Below the pieces are notes generated by a model that had not been told where the DNA came from, did not search any database, and saw nothing but the letters and a program-made list of their open reading frames with translations. A DNA stretch of 64,000 bases from Actinomycetes bacterium (GTDB taxonomy: Bacteria; Actinomycetota; Actinomycetes; Propionibacteriales; Nocardioidaceae): positions 47,670-111,669 of the forward strand of contig JAEWOG010000090.1 in assembly GCA_023460975.1 (NCBI GenBank). The letters run 5' to 3'. Each line of letters opens with the position of its first letter. Positions within the stretch are counted from its first letter, which is position 1. Made by a program: the position numbers and the translations under genes. Of the stretch, positions 7,581-17,843 are shown piece after piece.

Positions 7581-10500
7581 TCAGCGCTGCCGACTCAGCA
7601 CCCACCGGTGCAGCCTTCGCCCCAGCCGACGCAGTTCGGGCGCGGTTCCTTCGGTGACCAGCGCTGCGTGGCCCATCCCGCGTGCTGCCAGCGACTGCGC
7701 GTACGCGCCCGGGTCGAGCGGGATCGGTTCGCCGCCGACCTCGGCCCTGGCCACGTCACGCACTTCGAGGACGGGCAGCAGCACCGGGATCACCAGCACC
7801 AGCGTGAGCGCGAACAGCACGGAGCCCACCAGGGCGACCCGGTGCCACCACTGCGCGTGCACGTCGAACGGATCCAGCAGGAGGACCAGCGCCAGGGCCA
7901 CGTACCCCGCCCCGTACACGATCGACCACCCCAGCACCACGCCCCGGCGATGGGTGAGCGACTGGAGACGCCACTCGATCGTGGTCTCCCCGTCCGGGCC
8001 TGCGGTCGTGATCGGCGCCAGTCGACGCATGGCGTTGCCGGCCCACCAGGCCAGCGCCGTCCCTGCTGCCAGCACTGCCACACAGACGCCGATCACAGTG
8101 GCCCACCGCAGGAGGCCCGCGACCGGCCACGCACGGAACTGCCCCACCCAGTCCACCTCCATGCACGCCACCACGACCGCGGCCACAGCCACGACACCAC
8201 CCAGCAGCAGGAGGAAGGGAGCCACGACAGCCGCGAGCGCCTGGGCCCAGCGCACCCCGGCGCGCCGCCCGCGCGGCACCTGGCGGACATCGGCCAACCG
8301 GTCGAGGGTCCACCACACCGACCCGTGTTCTGGGCCGATGCTGCCGAGCAGGACGAGGACGCCAGCCAGTGCCAGCACCACCAGCAAAGTGGTGCTGCCG
8401 CGCGCGGCAGCCTCGTCCTCCCACGTACGGGCCCGAATGACCGAGTAGGTCAGCAGCGGCAGGACCGGCGAGAGCAGGACGACGCCGTGCAGCAGGGACG
8501 AGGTGCGCAGAGCCGCCCACCCGAACGCGACCAGCACCGCGCTGGCCCCCATCGCCGCAGCGGGGGCGGAGAACGACTCCGGCAGGGCACCGAAGAGGGA
8601 CAGCGCCAGCAGGCTGGCTCCCACCGCCAGACCCAGCAACGACAATGAGCGGCCCACGCTCGAGCGCGCGGTCAACCCCATGACGACCCAGTACGGCAGG
8701 AGCAGGGCGCCTCGTGCGGCGCGGGTGAACCCGGAGAGCAGTTTCAGGCCCGAGGCCGGGCTCGCGAGCACGCTCGCGCCCACGGTCGCCGCGGTGGTCG
8801 CCGTACGGATCGTCAGGTCACCGCGGCTCTCCTCCCCCAGCGACTCCCTCCCGATGCCGGCGGCGTCGAACGCCTCCAACGCCCGGCGTCGCTCCGCGGG
8901 CACGAGGCTCGCGCCGTCTCGGCCCGCCTCCTCCAACCGCTCCAACAGCGACTCCTGCGCGGCGAGGAACACCTCTCCGTGCGAGCGCAGGTATCCGCCC
9001 TCGACATGGTCGGTGCGCACCGCGGCCGCGAGCACCGGCAACTCCTCGACCACCACCTGCTCATGCACCGCCGTGGCGAACAGGTCCGTGAGCGCCTCGA
9101 AGGCCGCCGGGAGTTGGCCGTCCTCCACCCGCGGGTCGAACACCTGCGCAAGCTCCTCGACGGCCTGTTCGCTCAGCCTGCTCAGGTCCTCTCCCGGCTC
9201 CCCGAACAGCGCGCCCAGCAACTCCTCCACGGTCTCCTGCGCCAGCTGATGCGCGGGACCAGACCCGAGGTAGCCGCTGTTGCGTGCCGCACGCCGCACT
9301 CGCGCGGGCTGCAGCACCGTGCGACACAGCACCGTCGCAGCGTCGACACGGCCCCAGGTCCAGTCGTTGGCGCGCCACGAGCGCTTGAGGAAGCCCCCGA
9401 AGCGGTGCAGGGACCACCCGCCCAGCTTCTCGTCGGCCGTGCGACTGTGGCGCGCGAACGCGTTGCGGGTCTGCGCCGAGAGTTGGACGAGCTCGACCGG
9501 GACGCTCGCACCGCTCGCTGCCTCGTCGCCGAGCACACTGGCCACGACTTCGAGGTGGAGCAGCCGCGACAGCACGGTGGCGGTGTCCAGGTCGGGTCCC
9601 AGACCGAGACCGTTGAACCAGTGATGCACGTGGCTGGCCGACTCCGGCCCCGAGCGCAGCGTCACCGACGACTCCGTACGCGGCCCCGCCGCCGCGACCG
9701 CTGAGACGACCTCGCCGGCAACCGCGGCCGCCAGTAGGCCCAACTGGCGGCCGACGGCGCCACCGGTCTCGGGAGCGGCCACCGTGAACCCTTCGACGGC
9801 CGCCGCGACGCTCACGAGGCGGCGCTCCACGCCCACCGCGACCTGGGCGCCGCGCTGGAACGCCGACTCCTCGTCGTCCGGATGTGCGCGGCGGCGACGA
9901 TCGCGTTCGGAGTCGGCCACCTTCGCGATCGCTGCGCGCACCCCGCTCCATGCGGTCTGTCCCGTCATCACGTAGTCGAACCACGCCAGGCGCAGGGTCC
10001 AGTACGTGCGCGTGGGGGCCAACGACCCGATCACGAGGTCGTCGCCGTCCCCCAGGTCCGTGCTCCACGCCTGGTCGACCTGGTGCCGGGTCGCCTCAAT
10101 GGAGTCACGCAGGTCGAACACGCGTCCGCGTGCTGCCGCGATCCTCGCGTAGTCCGCATCCATCGTGGCCGTGCTGGCCACGAGCTGCCGCAGCAGTTCG
10201 CACGCAGCCTCCGTGATGGCCAGCGCTCCGTGGACTCCCCACTCCCAGCCACTCCCGTGGGCCGTGTCCGGCTCGGAGGGTGCGTACGGCAGTGTTCCGT
10301 GGCTGCGCAGCCAGTCCTGCTGGGCAGCATCGGCTTCGCCGCGCACCCGCTCGACGCTCCACCCTGAGCCCAACGGGTCACTCGCCCCGGTGCTCGCGGC
10401 CCCCGCCGCGCGTGCGGAGAGGTCCCGGGCCGCACGCCACATCCGCAGTCGCTGGTAGTGCGGTGCCAGCTGGCCGGCCAGCGTCGCCAGGGCCGTCGGG

Positions 10501-11669
10501 GAGGTGTCGGCGAGGATGTCGCTGCGCGTGGCACGCCGACCGGCTGCCTTGCGGTTGTGCTCCCCGATCTCCTCCACGAACGTGCGAGCGCCCTGCCCCG
10601 TCAGGGCGCCGACGAGGTCCAGGACGGCGCCAGCCACCGTAGGTGGTTCCTCGGGGCGCGCAGCAGGCACCTCTCCCGGGGAAGGAGCGTGGGGGTAGAC
10701 CAGGAGCATCACCCGGCGCACCGGCCCGAGCGCCGGCATGGCTTCGACCGCCCGCAGGGCCGACACGGTGGGCGTGTTGGCCAGCACGCCACCGTCGACC
10801 ACGTACCGCGACGCCTCCACGCCGGGCACCAGCGTTCCCCAGTTCTCCACGACTCCCGCCATGTCCGGGCGCCCCTGGGCGGCGAGCTCGGAGCTCACCG
10901 GCACGAAGGCAGGCTCGAAGGCGATCGGGAAGCTCGCGGTCGCGCGCGCAGCCAGGGCGAGTTCCTCCACGGTGCTGGCCAGCCGGGTCGGGCCGAAGGC
11001 ATCCAAGCTCGCCGCCGTCCGGGGCATGCGCCGCCACCGGAACCTGCCCGCGTGCACCGTCTGCGGCAACAGCTCGCCCGTCGAGTCGCGCGCGATGCTC
11101 TGGTTGCCGCCCAGGACCGTGCACGTGATCGTCAGGTCCATCGGCGCGCGCTCGGGATCGACGGCCCCGTCGGCGGCCGCGAGCGTACGCATGGCCTCGC
11201 GGAGCGCAGGGAGGAAGTACTCATCACCCTGCAGCAAGGATCGCGGGTCGCCCTGGAAGGGCGAGCGCAAGAGCGCCTCCAACCGGCCGCGGCCGATCCA
11301 CAGGTCCCGCAGGATGCCCGGGTCGGCCTCCCGGGTGACCTGGGTCAGGGCGAGCGCGGCTCCGTTGATGCCCCCGGCCGACGTCCCCGCGATCACGTCG
11401 GCGCGCGCGGTGCCCCCGACCAACTCCAGCGCCACTGCGTACGGGTCGGGCCGGCTGGAGGGGCCCGATCGCTCACGTGCCTTGGTGAGGCGGTCCAACT
11501 CCCGGACCGTGCCACCCATCCAGACCGCCAGCGAGACCCCGCCGTTCAGGACCACCCCGAACCGGATCTCCTCCGGCGGCAACGACGCGCCTCGTACTGA
11601 GGTGAGAAGACCGACCACCGAGATCACCCCCTCCATCGAGGGTAGGCCGCGGCACACCGCCCTGGGCAC
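7581..11669 (-). CDS. Giant patatin-like phospholipase family protein (patatin N-terminal domain, DUF3376-like middle region, multi-TM C-terminal domain)
   Basis: Oxyanion-hole-like GVVLNGGVSLAVWMGG, nucleophile elbow GTSAGG and catalytic-Asp motif VVDGGVLANTP. The segment LGGWSLHRFGGFLKRSWRANDWTWGRVDAA resembles DUF3376. The last ~400 aa contain about 8-10 hydrophobic helices. The start is uncertain (GTG 11669 or ATG 11636). Confidence 0.8.
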   Translation of the reverse strand: MPRAVCRGLPSMEGVISVVGLLTSVRGASLPPEEIRFGVVLNGGVSLAVWMGGTVRELDRLTKARERSGPSSRPDPYAVALELVGGTARADVIAGTSAGGINGAALALTQVTREADPGILRDLWIGRGRLEALLRSPFQGDPRSLLQGDEYFLPALREAMRTLAAADGAVDPERAPMDLTITCTVLGGNQSIARDSTGELLPQTVHAGRFRWRRMPRTAASLDAFGPTRLASTVEELALAARATASFPIAFEPAFVPVSSELAAQGRPDMAGVVENWGTLVPGVEASRYVVDGGVLANTPTVSALRAVEAMPALGPVRRVMLLVYPHAPSPGEVPAARPEEPPTVAGAVLDLVGALTGQGARTFVEEIGEHNRKAAGRRATRSDILADTSPTALATLAGQLAPHYQRLRMWRAARDLSARAAGAASTGASDPLGSGWSVERVRGEADAAQQDWLRSHGTLPYAPSEPDTAHGSGWEWGVHGALAITEAACELLRQLVASTATMDADYARIAAARGRVFDLRDSIEATRHQVDQAWSTDLGDGDDLVIGSLAPTRTYWTLRLAWFDYVMTGQTAWSGVRAAIAKVADSERDRRRRAHPDDEESAFQRGAQVAVGVERRLVSVAAAVEGFTVAAPETGGAVGRQLGLLAAAVAGEVVSAVAAAGPRTESSVTLRSGPESASHVHHWFNGLGLGPDLDTATVLSRLLHLEVVASVLGDEAASGASVPVELVQLSAQTRNAFARHSRTADEKLGGWSLHRFGGFLKRSWRANDWTWGRVDAATVLCRTVLQPARVRRAARNSGYLGSGPAHQLAQETVEELLGALFGEPGEDLSRLSEQAVEELAQVFDPRVEDGQLPAAFEALTDLFATAVHEQVVVEELPVLAAAVRTDHVEGGYLRSHGEVFLAAQESLLERLEEAGRDGASLVPAERRRALEAFDAAGIGRESLGEESRGDLTIRTATTAATVGASVLASPASGLKLLSGFTRAARGALLLPYWVVMGLTARSSVGRSLSLLGLAVGASLLALSLFGALPESFSAPAAAMGASAVLVAFGWAALRTSSLLHGVVLLSPVLPLLTYSVIRARTWEDEAAARGSTTLLVVLALAGVLVLLGSIGPEHGSVWWTLDRLADVRQVPRGRRAGVRWAQALAAVVAPFLLLLGGVVAVAAVVVACMEVDWVGQFRAWPVAGLLRWATVIGVCVAVLAAGTALAWWAGNAMRRLAPITTAGPDGETTIEWRLQSLTHRRGVVLGWSIVYGAGYVALALVLLLDPFDVHAQWWHRVALVGSVLFALTLVLVIPVLLPVLEVRDVARAEVGGEPIPLDPGAYAQSLAARGMGHAALVTEGTAPELRRLGRRLHRWVLSRQR

Positions 11670-11731
11670 CCCTGCACGAGGATGCCCCAGCCTCCCGCCT
11701 CAGGCGGGGTGACGTGGACCAGACCGCCGGA

Positions 11732-12826
11732 TCAGTCCTCGGCGTCGGTGGCGCTCAACTCCTCGTGGGTCCCGGGCCTGGGCGCCCACGGGAGTTCCTT
11801 GGTGGGACGCACCACGATCAGGCGGTCACCGCGCGCCAACAGCGAGACGACCGGGTCGTAGTAGCGATAGGTCTTCTCGTCGCGGACCACCGCGATGACC
11901 TGGTCGGCCAGCCGCTGCGGCTGCTGCCCGACCTCGCTGACCAGCAGGTCGCGCTCGGCCACCTCGAGGCCGTCGCCATAGGTCAGCAGGTCCTCCATCA
12001 CCGAGCCGAGCATCGGGGACATCGAGGCCAGCCCGAGCAGTCGTCCCACCGCGTCGGACGAGGTCACCACCGAGTTGGCCCCCGACTGCTTCATCAGTGG
12101 CGCGTTGTCCTGCTCGCGGACCGCGACGCTGATCCAGGCATCCGGGTTCACCTGCCGGGCGGTCAGCGTCACCATCACGTTGGAGTCGTCGCGGTTGGTG
12201 GTGATGAGGATGTGGGTGGCCTTGTCCGCGCCGGCCTGCATCAGGACGTCGCGGCGAGTGGCGTCACCACGTACGACCGCGAAGCCGTCACGGTTGGCGT
12301 CCTCGAGGCCCGCTGTGCCGTTCTCGACGACGACGATGGAGCGCGGGTCCTCACCGTTGTTGATGAGGGTGTCGATGGCGCTGCGGCCCTTGGTGCCGTA
12401 GCCGACGACGACGACGTGGTTGTCCATGTTCTTCCTCCACCGGGCAACCCGGAACATCTCGCGGCCCTGGGTGGCCAGCACCTCGAGCGTGGTGCCGATC
12501 AGCAGGACCAGGAACCCGATTCGGGCAGGCGTGATGATGAATGCGTTGATCAGGCGGGCCGAGTCGCTGTACGGCGTGATGTCGCCGTAGCCGGTGGTCG
12601 AGAGCGTGACGGTGGTGTAGTAGATCGCGTCCACCAGGTCCACCCGCCCGGTCGGGTCGTTGTTGTCGACATACCCCGCGCGGTCGAACCACACGAGGAG
12701 CACTGTCCCGACCAGGATCGCGGCGGCCGCGAGGACCCGCCGCCCCAACTCCCACCACGGCGACCGTTGACGGGCCGGGAGGGAGACCCACGAACCCTCT
12801 GGTCCACCGGTTGACTTCGAAGCCAC
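11732..12826 (-). CDS. Potassium channel protein with a TrkA-N/RCK regulatory domain
   Basis: Selectivity filter TVTLSTTGYGD between two TM helices, followed by a Rossmann-like HVVVVGYGTKGRS (TrkA-N) and a TrkA-C-like tail. GTG start at 12826. Confidence 0.85.
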   Translation of the reverse strand: MASKSTGGPEGSWVSLPARQRSPWWELGRRVLAAAAILVGTVLLVWFDRAGYVDNNDPTGRVDLVDAIYYTTVTLSTTGYGDITPYSDSARLINAFIITPARIGFLVLLIGTTLEVLATQGREMFRVARWRKNMDNHVVVVGYGTKGRSAIDTLINNGEDPRSIVVVENGTAGLEDANRDGFAVVRGDATRRDVLMQAGADKATHILITTNRDDSNVMVTLTARQVNPDAWISVAVREQDNAPLMKQSGANSVVTSSDAVGRLLGLASMSPMLGSVMEDLLTYGDGLEVAERDLLVSEVGQQPQRLADQVIAVVRDEKTYRYYDPVVSLLARGDRLIVVRPTKELPWAPRPGTHEELSATDAED

Positions 12827-12828
12827 GG

Positions 12829-13788
12829 TCAGGAGTCTTTCACGCGCATGCGCTCCCGCACGCGCAGGAGCAACTCAGAACGTGCGCGAGTCGTGCTCGA
12901 CTGCGGATAGACGGTGTCGAACGCGGCGTTGACTGCGGCGCCGATGAGCACCGCGATGGCGAGCAGGTAGAGCCACAGCAGCACCGCGATCGGCGCGGCC
13001 AGCGGCCCGAAGACCGTACGGGACTCCGACGCGGTGACGGTGAGGATCCACCGCAGTATCGCGGATCCCAGCACCCAGCTGACCAGCGAGAAGACCGCGC
13101 CAGGGAGGTTGAACGTCCACTTCGTCCGTACGGGGACCGACACGTGGTAGAGCGTCGCGAGGAAGCACACGCACAGCACCACGACCGCGGGCCAGTAGAA
13201 GACCATCAGGAAGTCGAGGCGCTCCGGCAGCCACCTGCGCACCAACTGGGGGCCCGCCACCACGAGCGGGATCGACACCATGCCCGTCCCCATGGCCAGC
13301 AGATAGAGGACGAACGACAGCGCCCGCGTGGCCACGATCCCGCGGTGGCCACCGAGGCCGTGCATGATCGTGATGGTGTCGACGAAGACGTTGAGCGCAC
13401 GCGAGCCCGACCACAGCGCCAGCACGAATCCGAGCGAGACCACATCGCCGCGGCCACCGCGCAGGACCGTGTCGATGGTGGGGGCGATGACCGTCTCCAC
13501 CGCCTTGTCGGTCAGGGCCTGACTCGCCAGATCGAGGACGGCCTGCTTCACCTCGGCGATCTGGGAGGGCGTGAAGCGTGCCGTGAAGAAGCCGATGGCT
13601 CCCGCCATGCCGAACACCAGCGGGGGCACCGACAGGATGGCGAAGAACGCCGCCTCCGCCGCCAGCCCGGTGACTCGGTAGCGCAGGCACGTCGACACGG
13701 TCGCGACGATGATGCGCCACAGGGCTGCACGCAGGGTGTCGAGTCGGCGCAGCAGGGCGCGCCCCAGACCCGCCACACTCCCCGCCAT
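12829..13788 (-). CDS. YihY/BrkB-family membrane protein
   Basis: YRVTGLAAEAAFFAILSVPPLVF and GSRALNVFVDTITIMHG motifs with six hydrophobic helices. The start is uncertain: ATG 13788 chosen, with alternatives at 13833 and 13860 that would overlap the divergent aidB-like start. Confidence 0.7.
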   Translation of the reverse strand: MAGSVAGLGRALLRRLDTLRAALWRIIVATVSTCLRYRVTGLAAEAAFFAILSVPPLVFGMAGAIGFFTARFTPSQIAEVKQAVLDLASQALTDKAVETVIAPTIDTVLRGGRGDVVSLGFVLALWSGSRALNVFVDTITIMHGLGGHRGIVATRALSFVLYLLAMGTGMVSIPLVVAGPQLVRRWLPERLDFLMVFYWPAVVVLCVCFLATLYHVSVPVRTKWTFNLPGAVFSLVSWVLGSAILRWILTVTASESRTVFGPLAAPIAVLLWLYLLAIAVLIGAAVNAAFDTVYPQSSTTRARSELLLRVRERMRVKDS

Positions 13789-13831
13789 GCGCCCACCGTA
13801 GGGGATCGGTTCCCCGGCTACGGTTGCCCCC

Positions 13832-15484
13832 ATGGACGTCAGCCTCCGCGCCACCAGCAATCAGGCACCCCCGCTCGAAGGGCACAACCTCGTCACCGGC
13901 GACGCCGCCCTCAGTGAGGCGGTGCTGCGCCACGGGGATGCGTCCGTGCTGGCTGACCTCGAGGCGCTCGGGGCTGAGGCTGGCACCGCCGAGGCACGCG
14001 AGCACGGCCTGCTCGCCAACGAGTTCCACCCGGAGTTGACCCCGTACAGCCGCCACGGCGAGCGCATCGACGAGGTCCGCTTCCACCCGTCGTGGCACTG
14101 GCTGATGGACCGTGCGGTGACCCACGGTCTGCAGGCCGCACCCTGGGAGCAACAGTCGGGCGGCGCCGAGCACGCCCATCTGCGCCGGGCTGCCGGCTTC
14201 TTCGCGTGGTCGCAGACCGAGCCCGGCCACGGCTGCCCCATCTCCATGACGTACGCGGCGGTGCCCGCGCTGCGCGCCGACGCGGCCATCGCGAAGGACT
14301 GGGTCCCCCAGCTCGCGGCGCGCCACTACGACCCGGGCGTGCGTTCGCGTACGGAGAAGGTCGGCGTGCTCGCGGGCATGGGCATGACGGAGAAGCAGGG
14401 CGGTTCCGACGTCCGCTCCAACGTCACACGCGCGGTCCCGACCGGCGAGGACGGCTGGTACACGCTGCACGGACACAAGTGGTTCACGTCTGCTCCGATG
14501 AACGACGTCTTCCTCGTGCTCGCCCAGGCGCCGGGCGGCGTGACGTGCTTCGTCCTCCCCCGCGTGCTGCCGGACGGCACCCGCAACCAGCTGGACGTCG
14601 TACGTCTCAAGGACAAGTTGGGCAACCGCTCCAACGCGTCCAGCGAACTCGAGTTCGACGGCACCCTGGTCCAGCGGCTCGGCGACGAGGGTCGGGGGGT
14701 GCGCACCATCATCGAGATGGTCGCCGCCACGCGACTGGACTGCGTGATCGGCTCGGCGTCACTGATGCGGCGCGCGCTGGCCGAGGCGTCGTGGCACGTC
14801 GCGCACCGCTCGGCGTTCGGCGGCCTGCTCATCGACAAGCCGCTCATGCAGAACGTGGTGGCCGACCTCGCCGTCGAGTCGGAGGCCGCGACGGCGATCG
14901 CGATGCGGCTCGCGGCTGCGGTCGACGCTCCCCATGACCCGCACGAGGCCGCTCTGCGCCGCATCGCCCTGCCGTTGGCGAAGTTCTGGGTCTGCAAGCG
15001 GACGCCGGCGATGGTCGCCGAGGCGCTGGAGTGCCTGGGTGGCAACGGCTACGTCGAGGAGTCCGGGCTGCCTCTCCTCTTCCGCGAGTCCCCGCTCAAC
15101 TCCGTGTGGGAGGGCTCCGGCAACGTCAACGCCCTCGACGTCCTCCGCGCACTGGGCCGTGAGCCCGAGGTGCTGCAGGCGTGGATCACCGAGGTCGGCC
15201 TGGCCCGCGGCGGCGACTCCCGCCTCGACCGCGCCGTCGACGACACCCTGGCCCTGCTCGGCGACGTCGCCGGTGGTGGGCCCGAGGCGGAGGGCGCCGC
15301 CCGGCGCCTGGCCGGATCGATGGCTGCCTGTCTGCAGGGCTCGCTGCTGGTGCGTCACGCCCCCGGGGAGGTCGCCGACGCCTTCTGCTCCTCACGCCTG
15401 GGCGGCTCGTACGGCGGCACCTTCGGCACCCTGGCCACCTCGGGGCTGCGCACGATCGTGGACCGGACGCTCCCGGTCGCCTGA
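13832..15484 (+). CDS. AidB-like acyl-CoA dehydrogenase family protein
   Basis: 550 aa. N-terminus TSNQAPPLEGHNLVTGDAALSEAV...HPSWHWLM is typical of AidB-type ACADs. TEKQGGSDV and LGGNGYVEE are ACAD core motifs. Confidence 0.85.
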   Translation: MDVSLRATSNQAPPLEGHNLVTGDAALSEAVLRHGDASVLADLEALGAEAGTAEAREHGLLANEFHPELTPYSRHGERIDEVRFHPSWHWLMDRAVTHGLQAAPWEQQSGGAEHAHLRRAAGFFAWSQTEPGHGCPISMTYAAVPALRADAAIAKDWVPQLAARHYDPGVRSRTEKVGVLAGMGMTEKQGGSDVRSNVTRAVPTGEDGWYTLHGHKWFTSAPMNDVFLVLAQAPGGVTCFVLPRVLPDGTRNQLDVVRLKDKLGNRSNASSELEFDGTLVQRLGDEGRGVRTIIEMVAATRLDCVIGSASLMRRALAEASWHVAHRSAFGGLLIDKPLMQNVVADLAVESEAATAIAMRLAAAVDAPHDPHEAALRRIALPLAKFWVCKRTPAMVAEALECLGGNGYVEESGLPLLFRESPLNSVWEGSGNVNALDVLRALGREPEVLQAWITEVGLARGGDSRLDRAVDDTLALLGDVAGGGPEAEGAARRLAGSMAACLQGSLLVRHAPGEVADAFCSSRLGGSYGGTFGTLATSGLRTIVDRTLPVA

Positions 15485-15486
15485 GT

Positions 15487-15740
15487 CCCGCCGGTCGAGC
15501 TGCCATCGCCGGTCGAGCTTGTCGAGACCCGGTTTCGACAGGCTCAACCAGCGCCCCCGCCGGTCGAGCTGCCATCGCCGGTCGAGCTTGTCGAGACCCG
15601 GTTTCGACAGGCTCAACCAGCGGTGGGCGGTTTCGACAAGCTCAACCAGCGACGATCGGTTTCGACAGGCTCAACCAGCGGTGGGCGGTTTCGACAGGCT
15701 CAACCTGCGACCCCGCCGGTTTCACGGACCTCGGTTTCGG
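15487..15740. repeat. Non-coding tandem/inverted repeat array: 2 x 69-bp units followed by 3 x 29-bp units, sharing the 19-mer ggtttcgaca(g/a)gctcaacc
   Basis: Direct 19-mer copies at 15531, 15600, 15629, 15658 and 15687. Inverted imperfect copies (ggtcgagcttgtcgagacc) at 15511 and 15580 form about 19-bp hairpins with the adjacent direct copy. A degenerate copy lies near 15718. Confidence 0.9.
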
Positions 15741-15814
15741 CAACCCGCTCCCCCGGCCGCTGTCCGGGCCTAGTGTGGTTCGCACGGTCGGGGGACCGCA
15801 TGGGAGGGGTGTCC

Positions 15815-16132
15815 ATGTCTGGACGGGGTACGAGCACGCTGTTCACGGTGGGAACGTTGCTTCGGCGTGCCCAGGACAAGGGCATCTCGGTGCGCGCTCT
15901 CATCGACGGCGTGTGGGTCGAGGGGGTCCCGGTGGCTGCGGACTCGATGGGCGTGATCCTCGACGCGACGCAGGGGCAGGTGCTGGTCCGCATGGACCTC
16001 ATCTCGGCCGTGGCGTTCGCGCGGGACGCGCTCGAGGAACCCGTCGCGACCCCGCCCCACCACGAGGACGAGATCGTGTGGGCCCAACCGTCCGGCCAGG
16101 GCACCCACGAACTGCGCGCCCTGGACCACTGA
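15815..16132 (+). CDS. Hypothetical small protein (105 aa)
   Basis: The ATG at 15815 is preceded by GGGAGGGG (15803-15810). It lies within ORF 15623..16132, whose 5' part is repeat DNA. No recognisable motif. Confidence 0.4.
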   Translation: MSGRGTSTLFTVGTLLRRAQDKGISVRALIDGVWVEGVPVAADSMGVILDATQGQVLVRMDLISAVAFARDALEEPVATPPHHEDEIVWAQPSGQGTHELRALDH

Positions 16133-16139
16133 CTCCGGC

Positions 16140-17777
16140 TCAGCCCAACGCGGCGGAGACGACCTCGCGCGCCTGTGACTGCACCTGCGCGAGGTGGTCG
16201 GGCCCCGCGAACGACTCGGCGTAGATCTTGTAGACGTCCTCTGTCCCGCTCGGGCGGGCGGCGAACCACGCGTTCTGCGTGACGACCTTGAGGCCGCCGA
16301 TCCCGGCCCCGTTGCCAGGAGCTGCGGTGAGTTTGCTGAGGATCGCCTCGCCCGCCAGTTCGTCCGCCGTGACGTCCTGCGGTGTCAGGGCGCTCAGGCG
16401 CGCCTTCTGCTCACGGTCGGCCGGGGCGTCGATGCGGGCGTACGCCGGCGCTCCGTGCCGTTCGGTCAACTCCGCGTAGCGCTCGCTGGGGGTGCGACCC
16501 GATGTCGCCGTGATCTCGGCCGCCAGCAGGGCCAGCACGAGTCCGTCCTTGTCGGTGGTCCACGTCGACCCGTCGCGCCGCAGCAGCGACGCGCCCGCCG
16601 ACTCCTCGCCGCCGAACCCGATCGAGCCGTCGAGCAGCCCCGGCACGAACCACTTGAAGCCGACGGGCACCTCGACCAGGTCGCGGCCCAGGTCCGCGAC
16701 GACCCGGTCGATCATGGACGACGACACCAGCGTCTTGCCGACCCCGGCGTCCGGGCGCCAGCCCGGCCGGGCGCCGCCGTACAGGTGGTCGATGGCGACG
16801 GCGAGGTAGTGGTTGGGGTTCATCAGTCCGCCGTCGGGCGTGACGATGCCGTGCCGGTCCGCGTCGGCGTCGTTGCCCGTCGCGAGGTCGTACGTCCCCC
16901 GCTGCGCCACCAACGAGGCCATGGCCGATGGCGAGGAGCAGTCCATGCGGATCTTGCCGTCGGCGTCGAGCGTCATGAAGCGCCACGTCGGGTCCACGAG
17001 CGGGTTGACCACCGTGAGGTCAAGGCGGTGGGTCTCGGCGATCGCGCCCCAGTAGTCGACGCTGGCGCCGCCCATCGGGTCGGCGCCGATGCGCAGTCCC
17101 GCCTCGCGCACCCGGTCGAGATCGACCACCGTGGGCAGGTCGGCCACATAGGTGGCGAGGAAGTCGTACGAACCCACCTGCGTGCGCGCCCGCGCGAAGG
17201 GGATGCGCTGCACGCCTCGAAGCCCAGAGGCGATCAGTTCGTTCGCCCGCGCCGCGATGATGCTCGTCGCGTCGGTGTCCGCGGGGCCCCCGTGGGGCGG
17301 GTTGTACTTGAAGCCGCCGTCACGAGGCGGGTTGTGCGACGGCGTGACGACGATGCCGTCGGCCAACCCCGTCGTACGCCCCCGGTTGGCGCCGAGGATC
17401 GCGTGGGACACGGCCGGGGTCGGCGTCCAGCCGCCGCGGGCGTCAACGCGCACGTCGACGCCGTTGCCCACCAGGACCTCGACAGCCGTGGTCCACGCGG
17501 GCTCGGACAGCGCGTGGGTGTCGCGGCCGAGGAACAGCGGCCCGTCGATGCCCTGGCTGGCGCGGTACTCGCAGATGGCCTGGGTCGTCGCGAGGATGTG
17601 GTGCTCGTTGAAGGCGACGTCGAGCGAGGAGCCGCGGTGCCCGCTGGTGCCGAAGGCCACGCGCTGCGCCACCTCGGCGGGATCCGGCTGCAGGGCGTAG
17701 TAGGCCGTCACCACCGCCGCGACATCGATCAGGTCGGTGGGCAGGGCCGTGGTTCCGGCTCTCTCAGCAGCGCTCAT
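16140..17777 (-). CDS. pgm: Phosphoglucomutase (alpha-D-glucose phosphate-specific)
   Basis: 545 aa with [10 protein letters not shown], the phosphoserine loop [26 protein letters not shown], and a GEESAG sugar-binding loop. Confidence 0.9.
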   Translation of the reverse strand: MSAAERAGTTALPTDLIDVAAVVTAYYALQPDPAEVAQRVAFGTSGHRGSSLDVAFNEHHILATTQAICEYRASQGIDGPLFLGRDTHALSEPAWTTAVEVLVGNGVDVRVDARGGWTPTPAVSHAILGANRGRTTGLADGIVVTPSHNPPRDGGFKYNPPHGGPADTDATSIIAARANELIASGLRGVQRIPFARARTQVGSYDFLATYVADLPTVVDLDRVREAGLRIGADPMGGASVDYWGAIAETHRLDLTVVNPLVDPTWRFMTLDADGKIRMDCSSPSAMASLVAQRGTYDLATGNDADADRHGIVTPDGGLMNPNHYLAVAIDHLYGGARPGWRPDAGVGKTLVSSSMIDRVVADLGRDLVEVPVGFKWFVPGLLDGSIGFGGEESAGASLLRRDGSTWTTDKDGLVLALLAAEITATSGRTPSERYAELTERHGAPAYARIDAPADREQKARLSALTPQDVTADELAGEAILSKLTAAPGNGAGIGGLKVVTQNAWFAARPSGTEDVYKIYAESFAGPDHLAQVQSQAREVVSAALG

Positions 17778-17802
17778 GGCGCCATTGTGTCGTGTCGTCG
17801 CA

Positions 17803-17833
17803 GGCGCGAGCGCAGGAGTCCTGCGCCCGCGCC
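17803..17833 (-). terminator. GC-rich stem-loop downstream of glyA
   Basis: ggcgcgagcgcagga / tcctgcgcccgcgcc arms (one mismatch), 11 nt after the glyA stop. There is no clear U-tract. Confidence 0.45.
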
Positions 17834-17843
17834 GAGACGAACC

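Noticed and set aside
15600-15705. The 29-bp periodic repeats could look like a mini CRISPR array.
   Set aside because: The 'spacers' are only 10 bp, and two of them are identical (agcggtgggc). The repeat also occurs inverted nearby, and there are no cas genes in the window.
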